Positions 51,409 to 59,905 of a DNA stretch of 64,000 nt are shown here, piece after piece. The stretch's first letter is position 1; each line of letters starts with the position of its first letter. The notes under the pieces were generated by a model that ran no database searches, was not told the origin of the DNA, and saw only the letters and a program-made list of their open reading frames with translations. Origin of the DNA: an uncultured Opitutaceae bacterium (GTDB taxonomy: Bacteria; Verrucomicrobiota; Verrucomicrobiia; Opitutales; Opitutaceae); NCBI GenBank assembly GCA_903952145.1, contig CAJBES010000242.1, positions 1,516 through 65,515 of the forward strand. Direction: 5' to 3'. A program made the position numbers and the translations under genes.

Positions 51409-53070
51409 ATGAAACGTATCCTCGCCCTCCTCTGCACGCTCACCGTCGCCGCCCTCGTCACCGCCGCAACCCAGCCGGTTGATTCCACCATCAGCGCTGT
51501 CACCGTCTATACTGACCGTGCCGTCGTCACCCGCACCGCCACCGTCGAACTGACCGGCGGCATCGCCGAACTCGTCTTCGCCAACCTGCCTCAGGCGCTC
51601 AACGAACGCTCGCTGCAGGTCAGCGGCAAAGGCACCGCCGCGGCGCTCATCCTCGACGTCAGCTCGAAGCAGACCTACGTGGACTTCACGCCCAACGCTC
51701 GCGTGAAGGAACTCGAAGATCAGCTCCGTGCCCTCGGCAAGCAGGTGCGCGGGCTCGACGACCGCGGCAGCGGCCTTCAGTCGCAGAGCACCATGCTCGA
51801 CCGGATGGAAGCTGCGCTCTTCGCCCCGCCCACCAAGGACGTGCCACGCCCCGACCTCACCCAGTTCACCAACTCCCTCACCTACCTCACCGAACAGAAG
51901 GCCCGGGTCACAACCGAGCGCGCCGCCCTCGATGAGCAGCGCGAGGACCTGCAGAACAAAACCAACACCGTGCAGCAGCAGCTCAACGAACTGCGCGGTG
52001 CCGGCGGCCGCGGCTACAAGACCGTGACCGTGCGCGTCTCCGCCGCACAGGCCGGCAACCTGCAGGTGGCCCTGTCCTACGCCGTGCCCGGTGCCACGTG
52101 GTCACCCAGCTACGACGCCCGTGTGCTCAGCACCGAGCGCGCCGTCGCCCTCGGCTACTTTGGTCTCGTCCGGCAAAACACCGGCGAAGACTGGAAGGAT
52201 GTCGCCCTCACGCTCTCGACCGCCCGCCCCGGCCTCGGCGGCGCCGCGCCCGTGCTCAGCGTATGGAACCTGGATGTATTTGTCGCCCGTCCGGCTCCGG
52301 TGGCATACGCCGAGCGCCGGGAAATGATGGCCAAGTCAGCCGCCCCCGCAGGCGTCAACATGCAGTCTCTCACGACCAATATCGCCTTGGATGAATTTGA
52401 TGCGAACAGTCTTAAAGACGCCGAAACCGCCACCGCCACCATCGAGGCCGGCGCCACCAGCGCGTCATTCAAGATCGCCACGACCGCCAGCATCCCGAGC
52501 GACAACTCGCCGCAAAAGGTGCCGATCACCTCGATCAAGCTCACGGCCAGCCCCGAATACCTCACGGTCCCTAAGCGCCAGACCACGGCTTTTCTCACCG
52601 CCAAGGTTTACAACAACTCCGAGTTTCCGCTGCTCGCCGGCGCGATGAACGTCTTCCTCGACGGCACCTTCGTCGCCACCAGCACCCTGCGCACCGTCAT
52701 GGCGGGCGAAAAGTTCGACCTCGCGCTCGGCGCCGACGAGGGCATCAGCGTGAAGCACAAGCGCGTGAACAAGTTCACCGAGGACACCGGCCTCACCAAC
52801 TCCGGCAAGCGCATCACCTACGAGTATCTCCTCACGATCCAGAACAACAAGAAGACCGCCGAGCGCGTCATCGTCGCCGACCAGGTGCCGCTCTCCCGCA
52901 ACGAGAAGATCGTCGTGAAACTGCTCTCGCCCGACGCGAAGGAAGTGAAGCCCACCGACGAGGGCACCCTGAAGTGGAGCCTCGACCTCAAGCCCGCCGA
53001 GAAGCGCGAACTGACCGTGAAATTCACCGTCGAGTATCCGAACGAGGTGAACGTCACCGGCCTCGAGTAA
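51409..53070 (+). CDS. DUF4139/DUF4140 (MuiA-like) secreted protein
   Basis: Signal MKRILALLCTLTVAALVTA. VTVYTDRAVVTRTATVELTGGIAELVFANLP (DUF4140-like), a central coiled coil, and ATWSPSYDARV (DUF4139-like). Confidence 0.75.
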   Translation: MKRILALLCTLTVAALVTAATQPVDSTISAVTVYTDRAVVTRTATVELTGGIAELVFANLPQALNERSLQVSGKGTAAALILDVSSKQTYVDFTPNARVKELEDQLRALGKQVRGLDDRGSGLQSQSTMLDRMEAALFAPPTKDVPRPDLTQFTNSLTYLTEQKARVTTERAALDEQREDLQNKTNTVQQQLNELRGAGGRGYKTVTVRVSAAQAGNLQVALSYAVPGATWSPSYDARVLSTERAVALGYFGLVRQNTGEDWKDVALTLSTARPGLGGAAPVLSVWNLDVFVARPAPVAYAERREMMAKSAAPAGVNMQSLTTNIALDEFDANSLKDAETATATIEAGATSASFKIATTASIPSDNSPQKVPITSIKLTASPEYLTVPKRQTTAFLTAKVYNNSEFPLLAGAMNVFLDGTFVATSTLRTVMAGEKFDLALGADEGISVKHKRVNKFTEDTGLTNSGKRITYEYLLTIQNNKKTAERVIVADQVPLSRNEKIVVKLLSPDAKEVKPTDEGTLKWSLDLKPAEKRELTVKFTVEYPNEVNVTGLE

Positions 53071-53095
53071 GCGACGTTTCCAAAAACTGCTCACG

Positions 53096-53123
53096 GGCGG
53101 CCCCAGACCGGGGCCGCCTTTTT
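53096..53123 (+). terminator. rho-independent terminator
   Basis: GGCGGCCCC (53096-104), loop agacc, GGGGCCGCC (53110-18), then TTTTT. It overlaps the stop codon of the convergent gene 53122..54432. Confidence 0.7.
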
Positions 53124-54432
53124 ATTCCACCCAGCCACGCAATCTCCCCAGCAAGCCCAGCCGCTCGTCCTCGATTTTCCAGTAGCTGGCCACGAGCCTG
53201 CCATAGGCCGGGGTGGCGAGGGTCAGCAGGAGTTCTCCGAGCGGATTGCGGAAGGCTATCGGGGCGTTTTTACCTGGCAGCTCCATCAGTTGCATCTGCC
53301 CGGTCGGGCTGCGGAAACCAAAAGAACCGGCGCGTGCGTTCAGCTGTTGCTGCTGCAACGCCTCGATGCCGGTCACATCGCGGCGGGCGGCCAGCGCGGC
53401 GATTTGCGCCGTATGGCGGGTCATTGCATTGCAGGTCCGGCAGCGGTGCAGGAGCGTGGGCAGATAACGGGCCCAACCGGGGCCGGGGGTGAGTTCCATG
53501 AGCGTGGGCCAATAGGCCGATTCAATCCACATCGCCCGTTCGATCGCCGCCGCGCCATCTTCACCCGCCGCCAGCACCGCAATCAGGGCCTGCCGGTGCG
53601 CGGCATCGGGCGGCGATTTTTCGAGCATGAACCGCACCCCGGCCATCGCGCGGTCCAGCGCCACCCGCGCACTCATGAAGCGAACCAGGGTGCGGGAGTT
53701 GGCCTGCAGCTTCCGGCAGACCCGGATCACCGGCACAATCATGTCCACCGCCTCGTTGCCGTGCCCTGCGGCGGCCAGCCGCATCGCTTCCGTGACTTCC
53801 AGACCCACGGTCTCGCGCCAGGGCCGGAAGGGCATGATCATGGCGCCCGGGCGCTGCGGCGTGAGATCGGCGATTTCGGGAACGGCATCCAGTGCCTGCA
53901 ACCATTCCCGACCGACGGTGTTGGCCTGCCAGGCTGCGTGCGCCTTGACCCCGTGCTTGGCAAAATAGTCCGCCCATGCGCCGGGCCGACCGAAAGGCAA
54001 CGGCACTTCCAGTTTTGGCGACATGAACTCCTGCACCGGCCGCGTGCCCGGACGTAGGGCAAACCGCAGCGTGGTCTCATAACTGGCGCGTTCGGCCCCG
54101 GTCGGCGCAACCGGCAGCGGCGGAATCGGCGTCGGCAGCAATGCCGCCTCATCGGTGCTCAGGTAAATCCAGCCGGGCGCGACGAGCACCGCCAGCACCG
54201 CGACCCGGGTCCAGGTCCCGAGGGGGTGACGGTGCGCGATGAGGGCGACCGCCACCATGGCCAGCACCGCACCGATTGCGCCGCCGGGCAGGCCGTGCAA
54301 CCGGCTGCCAACCGCCACCGCCGCCTGCACGACCACGACGGCGAGGGCCAGCCAGACCAGCAGCGCCACCAGCCGGCGGAAAGGGGAGACGGAGACGGGG
54401 GCACCGGAAACGTCAGCGGGGTTTGTGTTCAT
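53122..54432 (-). CDS. hypothetical membrane protein (N-terminal TM helices plus helical soluble domain)
   Basis: Start chosen at MNTNPADVSG (cat 54430-32). TM segments LVALLVWLALAVVVVQAAVAV, AIGAVLAMVAVALIA, VAVLAVLVAPGWIY. No family recognised. Confidence 0.55.
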   Translation of the reverse strand: MNTNPADVSGAPVSVSPFRRLVALLVWLALAVVVVQAAVAVGSRLHGLPGGAIGAVLAMVAVALIAHRHPLGTWTRVAVLAVLVAPGWIYLSTDEAALLPTPIPPLPVAPTGAERASYETTLRFALRPGTRPVQEFMSPKLEVPLPFGRPGAWADYFAKHGVKAHAAWQANTVGREWLQALDAVPEIADLTPQRPGAMIMPFRPWRETVGLEVTEAMRLAAAGHGNEAVDMIVPVIRVCRKLQANSRTLVRFMSARVALDRAMAGVRFMLEKSPPDAAHRQALIAVLAAGEDGAAAIERAMWIESAYWPTLMELTPGPGWARYLPTLLHRCRTCNAMTRHTAQIAALAARRDVTGIEALQQQQLNARAGSFGFRSPTGQMQLMELPGKNAPIAFRNPLGELLLTLATPAYGRLVASYWKIEDERLGLLGRLRGWVE

Positions 54433-54454
54433 GGGCGGGTGAAAAATCGGGCCC

Positions 54455-55696
54455 TCAGTCCCGCGCCGGCGGCGGCGGAAACAATTCACTCCACATCGGT
54501 AGCACATAGTCCGACCCGCGCGCGCGCACCTCCGCAAGTCCGGCAATTGTCTCCTGGCCGTGCGCCCAGCCCCGGTAGCCCTCCCGCGCCTTGAACAACA
54601 GGTCGGAAACCCCGATGGCCATGCGCTCCCCGATGTCGCGGCCCGACGCATCGTCGCGCCAGAGGCCGAGCACCCGGAGGCTCGCCGCCGTACCCAGGTT
54701 GATCATCACGCCCTCGAACGCATACGTCAGGCTGCTGCGCACCCCATACCAGTCGGTGCCCTCGAACTCCGTGCACATGCCCATCGCGCCTTCCCACGGG
54801 GAGATCGTGGCTTGACTGGCTCGCTGCAGTAACCGCGTGGTCTCCCCCGCCTGCACTAGGATCTCCGTGCGCACCGCCTTCGCAAACTGCCGCGCCGCCT
54901 GCGTGCGATAAAGCGCCCAGGTCTCATCCAGACCGTGGCCCTGAAAAAAACATCCGCCCCGAACTCCCGACCCGTGACCGGTCACACCGCCGGCGGCCAC
55001 CGGCCCGATGCCCCCCGGCACCTGGTGCGGGCCTCCGCGCATGAGCAGCTCCCGGATGAACGGCCGGTGCGTCCAGCAGCGCACAATGTTGCACAAGCCG
55101 GCCTGCTCCAGTGCGGCGACAAACCCGTCGAAATCGAAGCCCGCAAAAAAAGCGTTGAGCTCCGCCGCGCCGAAATAACGTCCCGCCGCCGCCAGCACAT
55201 CGACGTAGCCCTCCGCAATGTTGATGTTCCAGCTTTTGTGGTGGAGCGACGTGCCATCGAGCAGCACGTGATAGTTGTTGGCGTCGCTCATCGTGAAATG
55301 CCCCGCCACCGCCATAGCCTGCATGATGAGGTCGGCGCGGTGCTTGTGCCCGTCGGGCAGTCGCGACCAAACGGCCGGGGTCTCTTTGGCCAGCACCAAA
55401 ATCCACGCGGCGGCGGCATGCGTCCACCCGCCGATACCGCCCTGGGCCTCGGGTTCGCGGGTGTTGCCCTCCGCGTCCGGCGGCAGTCCGCCGAGCCACG
55501 GATGCAGTTTCTCCACCAAAGCCGTTGCAAGCGAGGTGCCGGCCACGACGCGGTCCGGCGCGGACCGGGTCGCAAGCGCCAGCAACTGCAGGGCAAAGGT
55601 CCGCGGCATCTCGCGGTAGCGGGTGCCCGGGACAAATTTCCAGCGCGGCGATTCTTCGCGCAACGCCGCCGCCAGCAGATCGTCGGCAAAGGGCAT
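54455..55696 (-). CDS. hypothetical protein (possibly an alpha/alpha-toroid fold); no family recognised
   Basis: Start chosen at MPFADDLL (cat 55694-96), 1 nt after the asparaginase stop. 413 aa with a coding-like composition. Confidence 0.55.
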   Translation of the reverse strand: MPFADDLLAAALREESPRWKFVPGTRYREMPRTFALQLLALATRSAPDRVVAGTSLATALVEKLHPWLGGLPPDAEGNTREPEAQGGIGGWTHAAAAWILVLAKETPAVWSRLPDGHKHRADLIMQAMAVAGHFTMSDANNYHVLLDGTSLHHKSWNINIAEGYVDVLAAAGRYFGAAELNAFFAGFDFDGFVAALEQAGLCNIVRCWTHRPFIRELLMRGGPHQVPGGIGPVAAGGVTGHGSGVRGGCFFQGHGLDETWALYRTQAARQFAKAVRTEILVQAGETTRLLQRASQATISPWEGAMGMCTEFEGTDWYGVRSSLTYAFEGVMINLGTAASLRVLGLWRDDASGRDIGERMAIGVSDLLFKAREGYRGWAHGQETIAGLAEVRARGSDYVLPMWSELFPPPPARD

Positions 55697-55697
55697 C

Positions 55698-56696
55698 TCA
55701 GTAATCCTGGAAAATGGCCTGCAGCCGCTGCGGGTCACCGGTGCGGGTGAGCCCGAGCTGCAGCAGCACCCGCGCTTTTTGCGGATTGAGCTCCTCGGCG
55801 GACACGAAACCCGCCGCATCATCGTCCACCTCGATGTTGCGCTCCACCAGACCGCCGCCCGTGCGGGAGCTGCGGACCACGGCGACGCCGGCCTGCGTCG
55901 CCGCCGTGCAGGCCGCCAGCGCGGCAGCCGGAATATTGCCATCACCCACCCCGGCGATGACCAGCCCGCACGCCCCCGCGCGCACCGCCGCGTCGATCAG
56001 TTCCCGGCCCATGCCGGCGTGCGCATAGACGATGTCTACGCGCGGCAGGTCCGCTGCCGACAGCGGCGCGAACTCGCTCGCGGCCGTATGACGGCGCACG
56101 GTCGGCCCGAAGTAGTGCAGCCGGCCGTTGTGGATGAGGCCGGCCAGCCCGCGGTTGGGCGACTTGAAGGTGCCGACCTGCGTCGTGTTGGTCTTGGCCA
56201 CCTCGCGGGCGAAGTGGATTTCGTCGTTCGCGACCACCAGCACGCCGCGGCCGGCCGACTCGGGCGCCGCGGCCACCGCCACGGCGTTGTAGAGATTCAT
56301 CGGCCCGTCCGCGCTGATGGCCGTGGCGGGACGCATCGCCCCCACCAGCACCACCGGCTTCGACGTCTTCAGAACCAGGTTCAGGAAATACCCTGTCTCC
56401 TCCATCGTGTCGGTCCCGTGGGTAATGACCACCCCCGCAATCGCCGGATCGTCCAGCGCCGACTGTGCCCTGGCCGCCAGCTTGCGCCACACGCCCTCAT
56501 CCATGTCCTGGCTGCCAATGCGCGCCACCTGTTCGACGTCCAGCGCCGCCAGCGCGGCAATCTGCGGGACCGCCGCCACCAGCGCCTCGATGGAAAGGGC
56601 GGCGGCCCGGTAACCGCGGCCGCTCGTCTCAGCGCCCGCAATGGTCCCGCCCGTGGCCAGCAAACGCAGCCGGGTGGGAACGGTGGAGTTGCTCAT
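55698..56696 (-). CDS. L-asparaginase (type II-like fold, no obvious signal peptide)
   Basis: LLATGGTIAG (Thr nucleophile block), VVITHGTDTMEETGYFL, and GAMRPATAISADGPMNL are classic asparaginase motifs. Confidence 0.9.
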   Translation of the reverse strand: MSNSTVPTRLRLLATGGTIAGAETSGRGYRAAALSIEALVAAVPQIAALAALDVEQVARIGSQDMDEGVWRKLAARAQSALDDPAIAGVVITHGTDTMEETGYFLNLVLKTSKPVVLVGAMRPATAISADGPMNLYNAVAVAAAPESAGRGVLVVANDEIHFAREVAKTNTTQVGTFKSPNRGLAGLIHNGRLHYFGPTVRRHTAASEFAPLSAADLPRVDIVYAHAGMGRELIDAAVRAGACGLVIAGVGDGNIPAAALAACTAATQAGVAVVRSSRTGGGLVERNIEVDDDAAGFVSAEELNPQKARVLLQLGLTRTGDPQRLQAIFQDY

Positions 56697-56899
56697 GCCG
56701 GTAGCATCAGCCGACCACGCGTCAGCGCGACAAAATTTCCTGCCGTCGGTGCTGGCATTCTACAGGTAGCTTGGCCACGGTGTTGTCGCGCCGGTCCGGG
56801 ATCCTCCCACTGCCCTTCCCAGCCCGCCTCCGCGCCCGCGTCCAGCCATTCATGATTCTGTGTTCGCCGATCTTGTCTCTGCCCGTTCAATCGCGGTTC

Positions 56900-58936
56900 A
56901 TGGCCCTTTTCTCCGCCCGCCTGTGGTGTATCGCCACGCTGGCATTGGCCACGTCCGGTTTTTCGACGGAAACGAGGGTCGAGTCGCTTGACCTGCGGGA
57001 AACTCTCCACAGTGACTGGACGATTCCGAAAACCGGACTCGCCGCCGGTGGCGGCCCGTTGCGCGTGGGTGGCAGGACCTTCTCCAACGGTTTCGGCACC
57101 GTGGGCGGCAGCCGCCTTGAGCTCGCCCTGGACGGGTCGGCGGAAAAATTCAGCGCCCTGACCGGCGCCGATGAAACCAGCGGTGCGCTCACGACCGTGC
57201 GTTGCCTCGTCGTTGGCGATGATCGCGTGCTGTATCGCGGTCCGTGGCAGCAGCGCGGCGGCCCGGCGGTGGCCCTGGAAGTTCCGTTGGCCGGGGTGCA
57301 CCGGCTGGCGCTCGTCGTGGACGTGCGCGGCGATCCCTTTGCGCGGGCCGACTGGCTGAACCCGGTCATCACTCATGCCGGCGCGGCTCCGACGGCTGCC
57401 GCTCCGGTGCCCGACACCTCGCTGCAGCTTGCCCCACCGGCTGAGCCCGCACCCCGTTTCAACACTCCCGCCCGGGCCGGCGTGCGGCCGGGACGGCCGT
57501 TCCTGCAGCGGGTCAACGTCAGTGGCGAACGCCCCTTGCAACTCACCGCGGAAGGGCTCCCCGCGGGTTTCACCTTCGACGCAAAGTATCAGGTCATCCA
57601 AGGCACTGCGCCGCTTGCACCCGGCACCGTCACGGTGCGGTTGCTGGCGGAGAATGCCCGGGGGCGCTCCGCGCACATCCTGGAGATTGTCGTCGGGGAC
57701 ACCCTCGCGCTCACACCGCCGCTGGGCTGGAGTTCCTGGTATTGCATGTCTGGCAAGGTCTCCGATACGTGGCTGCGCGACGCCGCTGCCGCCCTGCTGG
57801 CCACGGGGCTCGCAGATTATGGCTGGAATTACGTGAACCTCGATGATTTCTGGATGACCCGCCCCGCCTCCGACAGCGCGATCATCGCGCAGTTGCGCGA
57901 ACGCGAGAAGATCACGGGCCGGCTCGCCGGCTACTACAAGGTGAGGATTGACGACCCCACACTGGCGGGTCCGGCCCGCGATGCACAGGGTCGCATCCTG
58001 GCCAACGCCCGTTTCCCCGACATGCCCGCGCTCACTGCGTGGCTGCACGCCCGCGGCTTCAAGGCCGGCCTCTACAGCTCGCCGGGCGTGGTGACCTGCG
58101 GTGGCTGCACCGGCAGCTTCGGCCACGAGGCGGAGGACGCCGCGCAGTTCGCCGCGTGGGGCTTCGATTTTCTCAAATACGACTGGTGCTCCTACTACCT
58201 TGAGGCCGGCGGGCTTGAGCGCGTGGACTGGCTGCGCCCTTACCAACAAATGGGCGACGCGCTGCGGGCGCAGCCGCGCGATATCGTCTTCAGCCTCTGC
58301 CAATACGGGCTCGCCGCGGTCGAGACCTGGGGGGTGGAAGCCGGCGGCCAGCTCTGGCGCACCGGCCATGACCTCAAGGATACATGGGGCTCCATCTCCG
58401 CCGCGGGTTTCTTCGGCGAGGAGCGCGACGCCGATGTCGGCCCCGGCCGCTGGAACGACCTGGATATGCTGATGCTCGGGCAGATCGGCATGAACCGGCA
58501 GCTGCATCCGGTGCACCTCACCCGCGCGGAGCAGCGCACCCACTTCGCCCTCTGGTGCCTGCGCGGTTCGCCGCTTCTGCTGGGCGGCGATCCCACCGCC
58601 CTCGATCGCGACACCCTGGCGCTGCTCACCAACGCCGGCGCCATCGCGGTCAACCAGGACCCGCTCGCGCGACCCGCGCGACGCGTGGTGCTCAGCGACA
58701 CGCTGGAAGCCTGGATCCGGCCGCTCACCGGCGGCGCGGTCGCGGTCGGTCTCAGCAACCGCGACGAGGCCGCCGCGGTCGTGAACCTGGAATGGAGCCG
58801 GCTCGCGCTGCCCGGCCGGTGGCGCCTCCATGATCTATGGCGCGGCCTCACCGCGGAGTCCCCCGCCACCGGCTGGCAGGGCTCACTGGCGCGCCATGAC
58901 ACCGCCTTCCTCCGCCTCGAACCCGTTTCCCCATGA
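56900..58936 (+). CDS. secreted alpha-galactosidase (GH27) with an N-terminal NPCBM-like carbohydrate-binding module
   Basis: Signal MALFSARLWCIATLALATSG. NPCBM-like block: GGRTFSNGFGTVGGSRLELALDG...ADWLNPVI. GH27 blocks: PPLGWSSWYCM..., NYVNLDDFW, FDFLKYDWC. Confidence 0.8.
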   Translation: MALFSARLWCIATLALATSGFSTETRVESLDLRETLHSDWTIPKTGLAAGGGPLRVGGRTFSNGFGTVGGSRLELALDGSAEKFSALTGADETSGALTTVRCLVVGDDRVLYRGPWQQRGGPAVALEVPLAGVHRLALVVDVRGDPFARADWLNPVITHAGAAPTAAAPVPDTSLQLAPPAEPAPRFNTPARAGVRPGRPFLQRVNVSGERPLQLTAEGLPAGFTFDAKYQVIQGTAPLAPGTVTVRLLAENARGRSAHILEIVVGDTLALTPPLGWSSWYCMSGKVSDTWLRDAAAALLATGLADYGWNYVNLDDFWMTRPASDSAIIAQLREREKITGRLAGYYKVRIDDPTLAGPARDAQGRILANARFPDMPALTAWLHARGFKAGLYSSPGVVTCGGCTGSFGHEAEDAAQFAAWGFDFLKYDWCSYYLEAGGLERVDWLRPYQQMGDALRAQPRDIVFSLCQYGLAAVETWGVEAGGQLWRTGHDLKDTWGSISAAGFFGEERDADVGPGRWNDLDMLMLGQIGMNRQLHPVHLTRAEQRTHFALWCLRGSPLLLGGDPTALDRDTLALLTNAGAIAVNQDPLARPARRVVLSDTLEAWIRPLTGGAVAVGLSNRDEAAAVVNLEWSRLALPGRWRLHDLWRGLTAESPATGWQGSLARHDTAFLRLEPVSP

Positions 58937-59847
58937 AAACAGAACTCAAAATCGGCATCATCGGCCTCGACACCTCCCACGTGATCATTTTCAGCGACGC
59001 GTTTAACAACCCGGCGACGAAGGCGCCCATCGCCGGCGCCAAAGTCGTCGCCGCCTGGTCTGGCGGCTCGCACGACTTGGAATCCAGCATCAGCCGGGTG
59101 CCCGGCTACACCAAGGACCTGCAGGAAAAGTTCGGCGTGCAGATCATGGATTCCATCGAGGCCGTGGTCGCGGCGAGCGACGCCATCCTCCACACCTCGC
59201 TCGACGGCCGCGTCCATCTGGAACAGTTCCAGCGCATCGCCGCCGCCGCCAAGGGCAAGCCGGTCTTCGTGGACAAGCCTTTTGCGCTCCGGGCCATCGA
59301 TGCCCGGGCCATCTTCAACATCGCGAAGAAATTCAACGTGCCGGTCTTCACCTCGTCCTCGCTGCGTTTCTCCGGCGCCATCACCCGCATCGTCACCCCC
59401 GAGACCCGGCCCCTGGTGAAGGGCGCCCAGTTCCATGGTCCCGCCGCCTTCGAGCCCACCAACCCCGGCTTCTTCTGGTATGGCATCCACCCCATCGAGA
59501 TGCTTTTTTCCACCATGGGCCGCGGCTGCCGCAGCGTGCGGTGCGTCGCCAACGACAACTTCGACCTCATCACCGGCCTATGGGCCGACGGCCGCATCGG
59601 CTCCGTGCATTGCAACCGCACCGGCAACTACGAATACCACGGGCTGGTGCACTTTGAAAAGAACAGCGTCCACGTGAACGTTCAGACCGAAACGAAGGGT
59701 TTCTTCACCTGCCTTGCCGAGACCATCCTCGAGTTCTTCCAGACCGGCAAGGTCCCGATCGATCCCGAGGAGACCATCGAACTCATCCGCTTCATCGAGA
59801 CCGCCAACGAAAGCCGCGCCAACGACGGACGCGAAGTCCTGCTCTGA
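58933..59847 (+). CDS. Gfo/Idh/MocA-family oxidoreductase-like protein
   Basis: ATGA overlap with GH27. Rossmann start LKIGIIGLDTSHVIIF, then GKPVFVDKPFA. Confidence 0.75.
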   Translation: MKTELKIGIIGLDTSHVIIFSDAFNNPATKAPIAGAKVVAAWSGGSHDLESSISRVPGYTKDLQEKFGVQIMDSIEAVVAASDAILHTSLDGRVHLEQFQRIAAAAKGKPVFVDKPFALRAIDARAIFNIAKKFNVPVFTSSSLRFSGAITRIVTPETRPLVKGAQFHGPAAFEPTNPGFFWYGIHPIEMLFSTMGRGCRSVRCVANDNFDLITGLWADGRIGSVHCNRTGNYEYHGLVHFEKNSVHVNVQTETKGFFTCLAETILEFFQTGKVPIDPEETIELIRFIETANESRANDGREVLL

Positions 59848-59905
59848 CCCCCGCCCAAGCCGATTTGTAACGCCCTACGTTGCAAACCGCCCGGGCAACA
59901 TTCCC

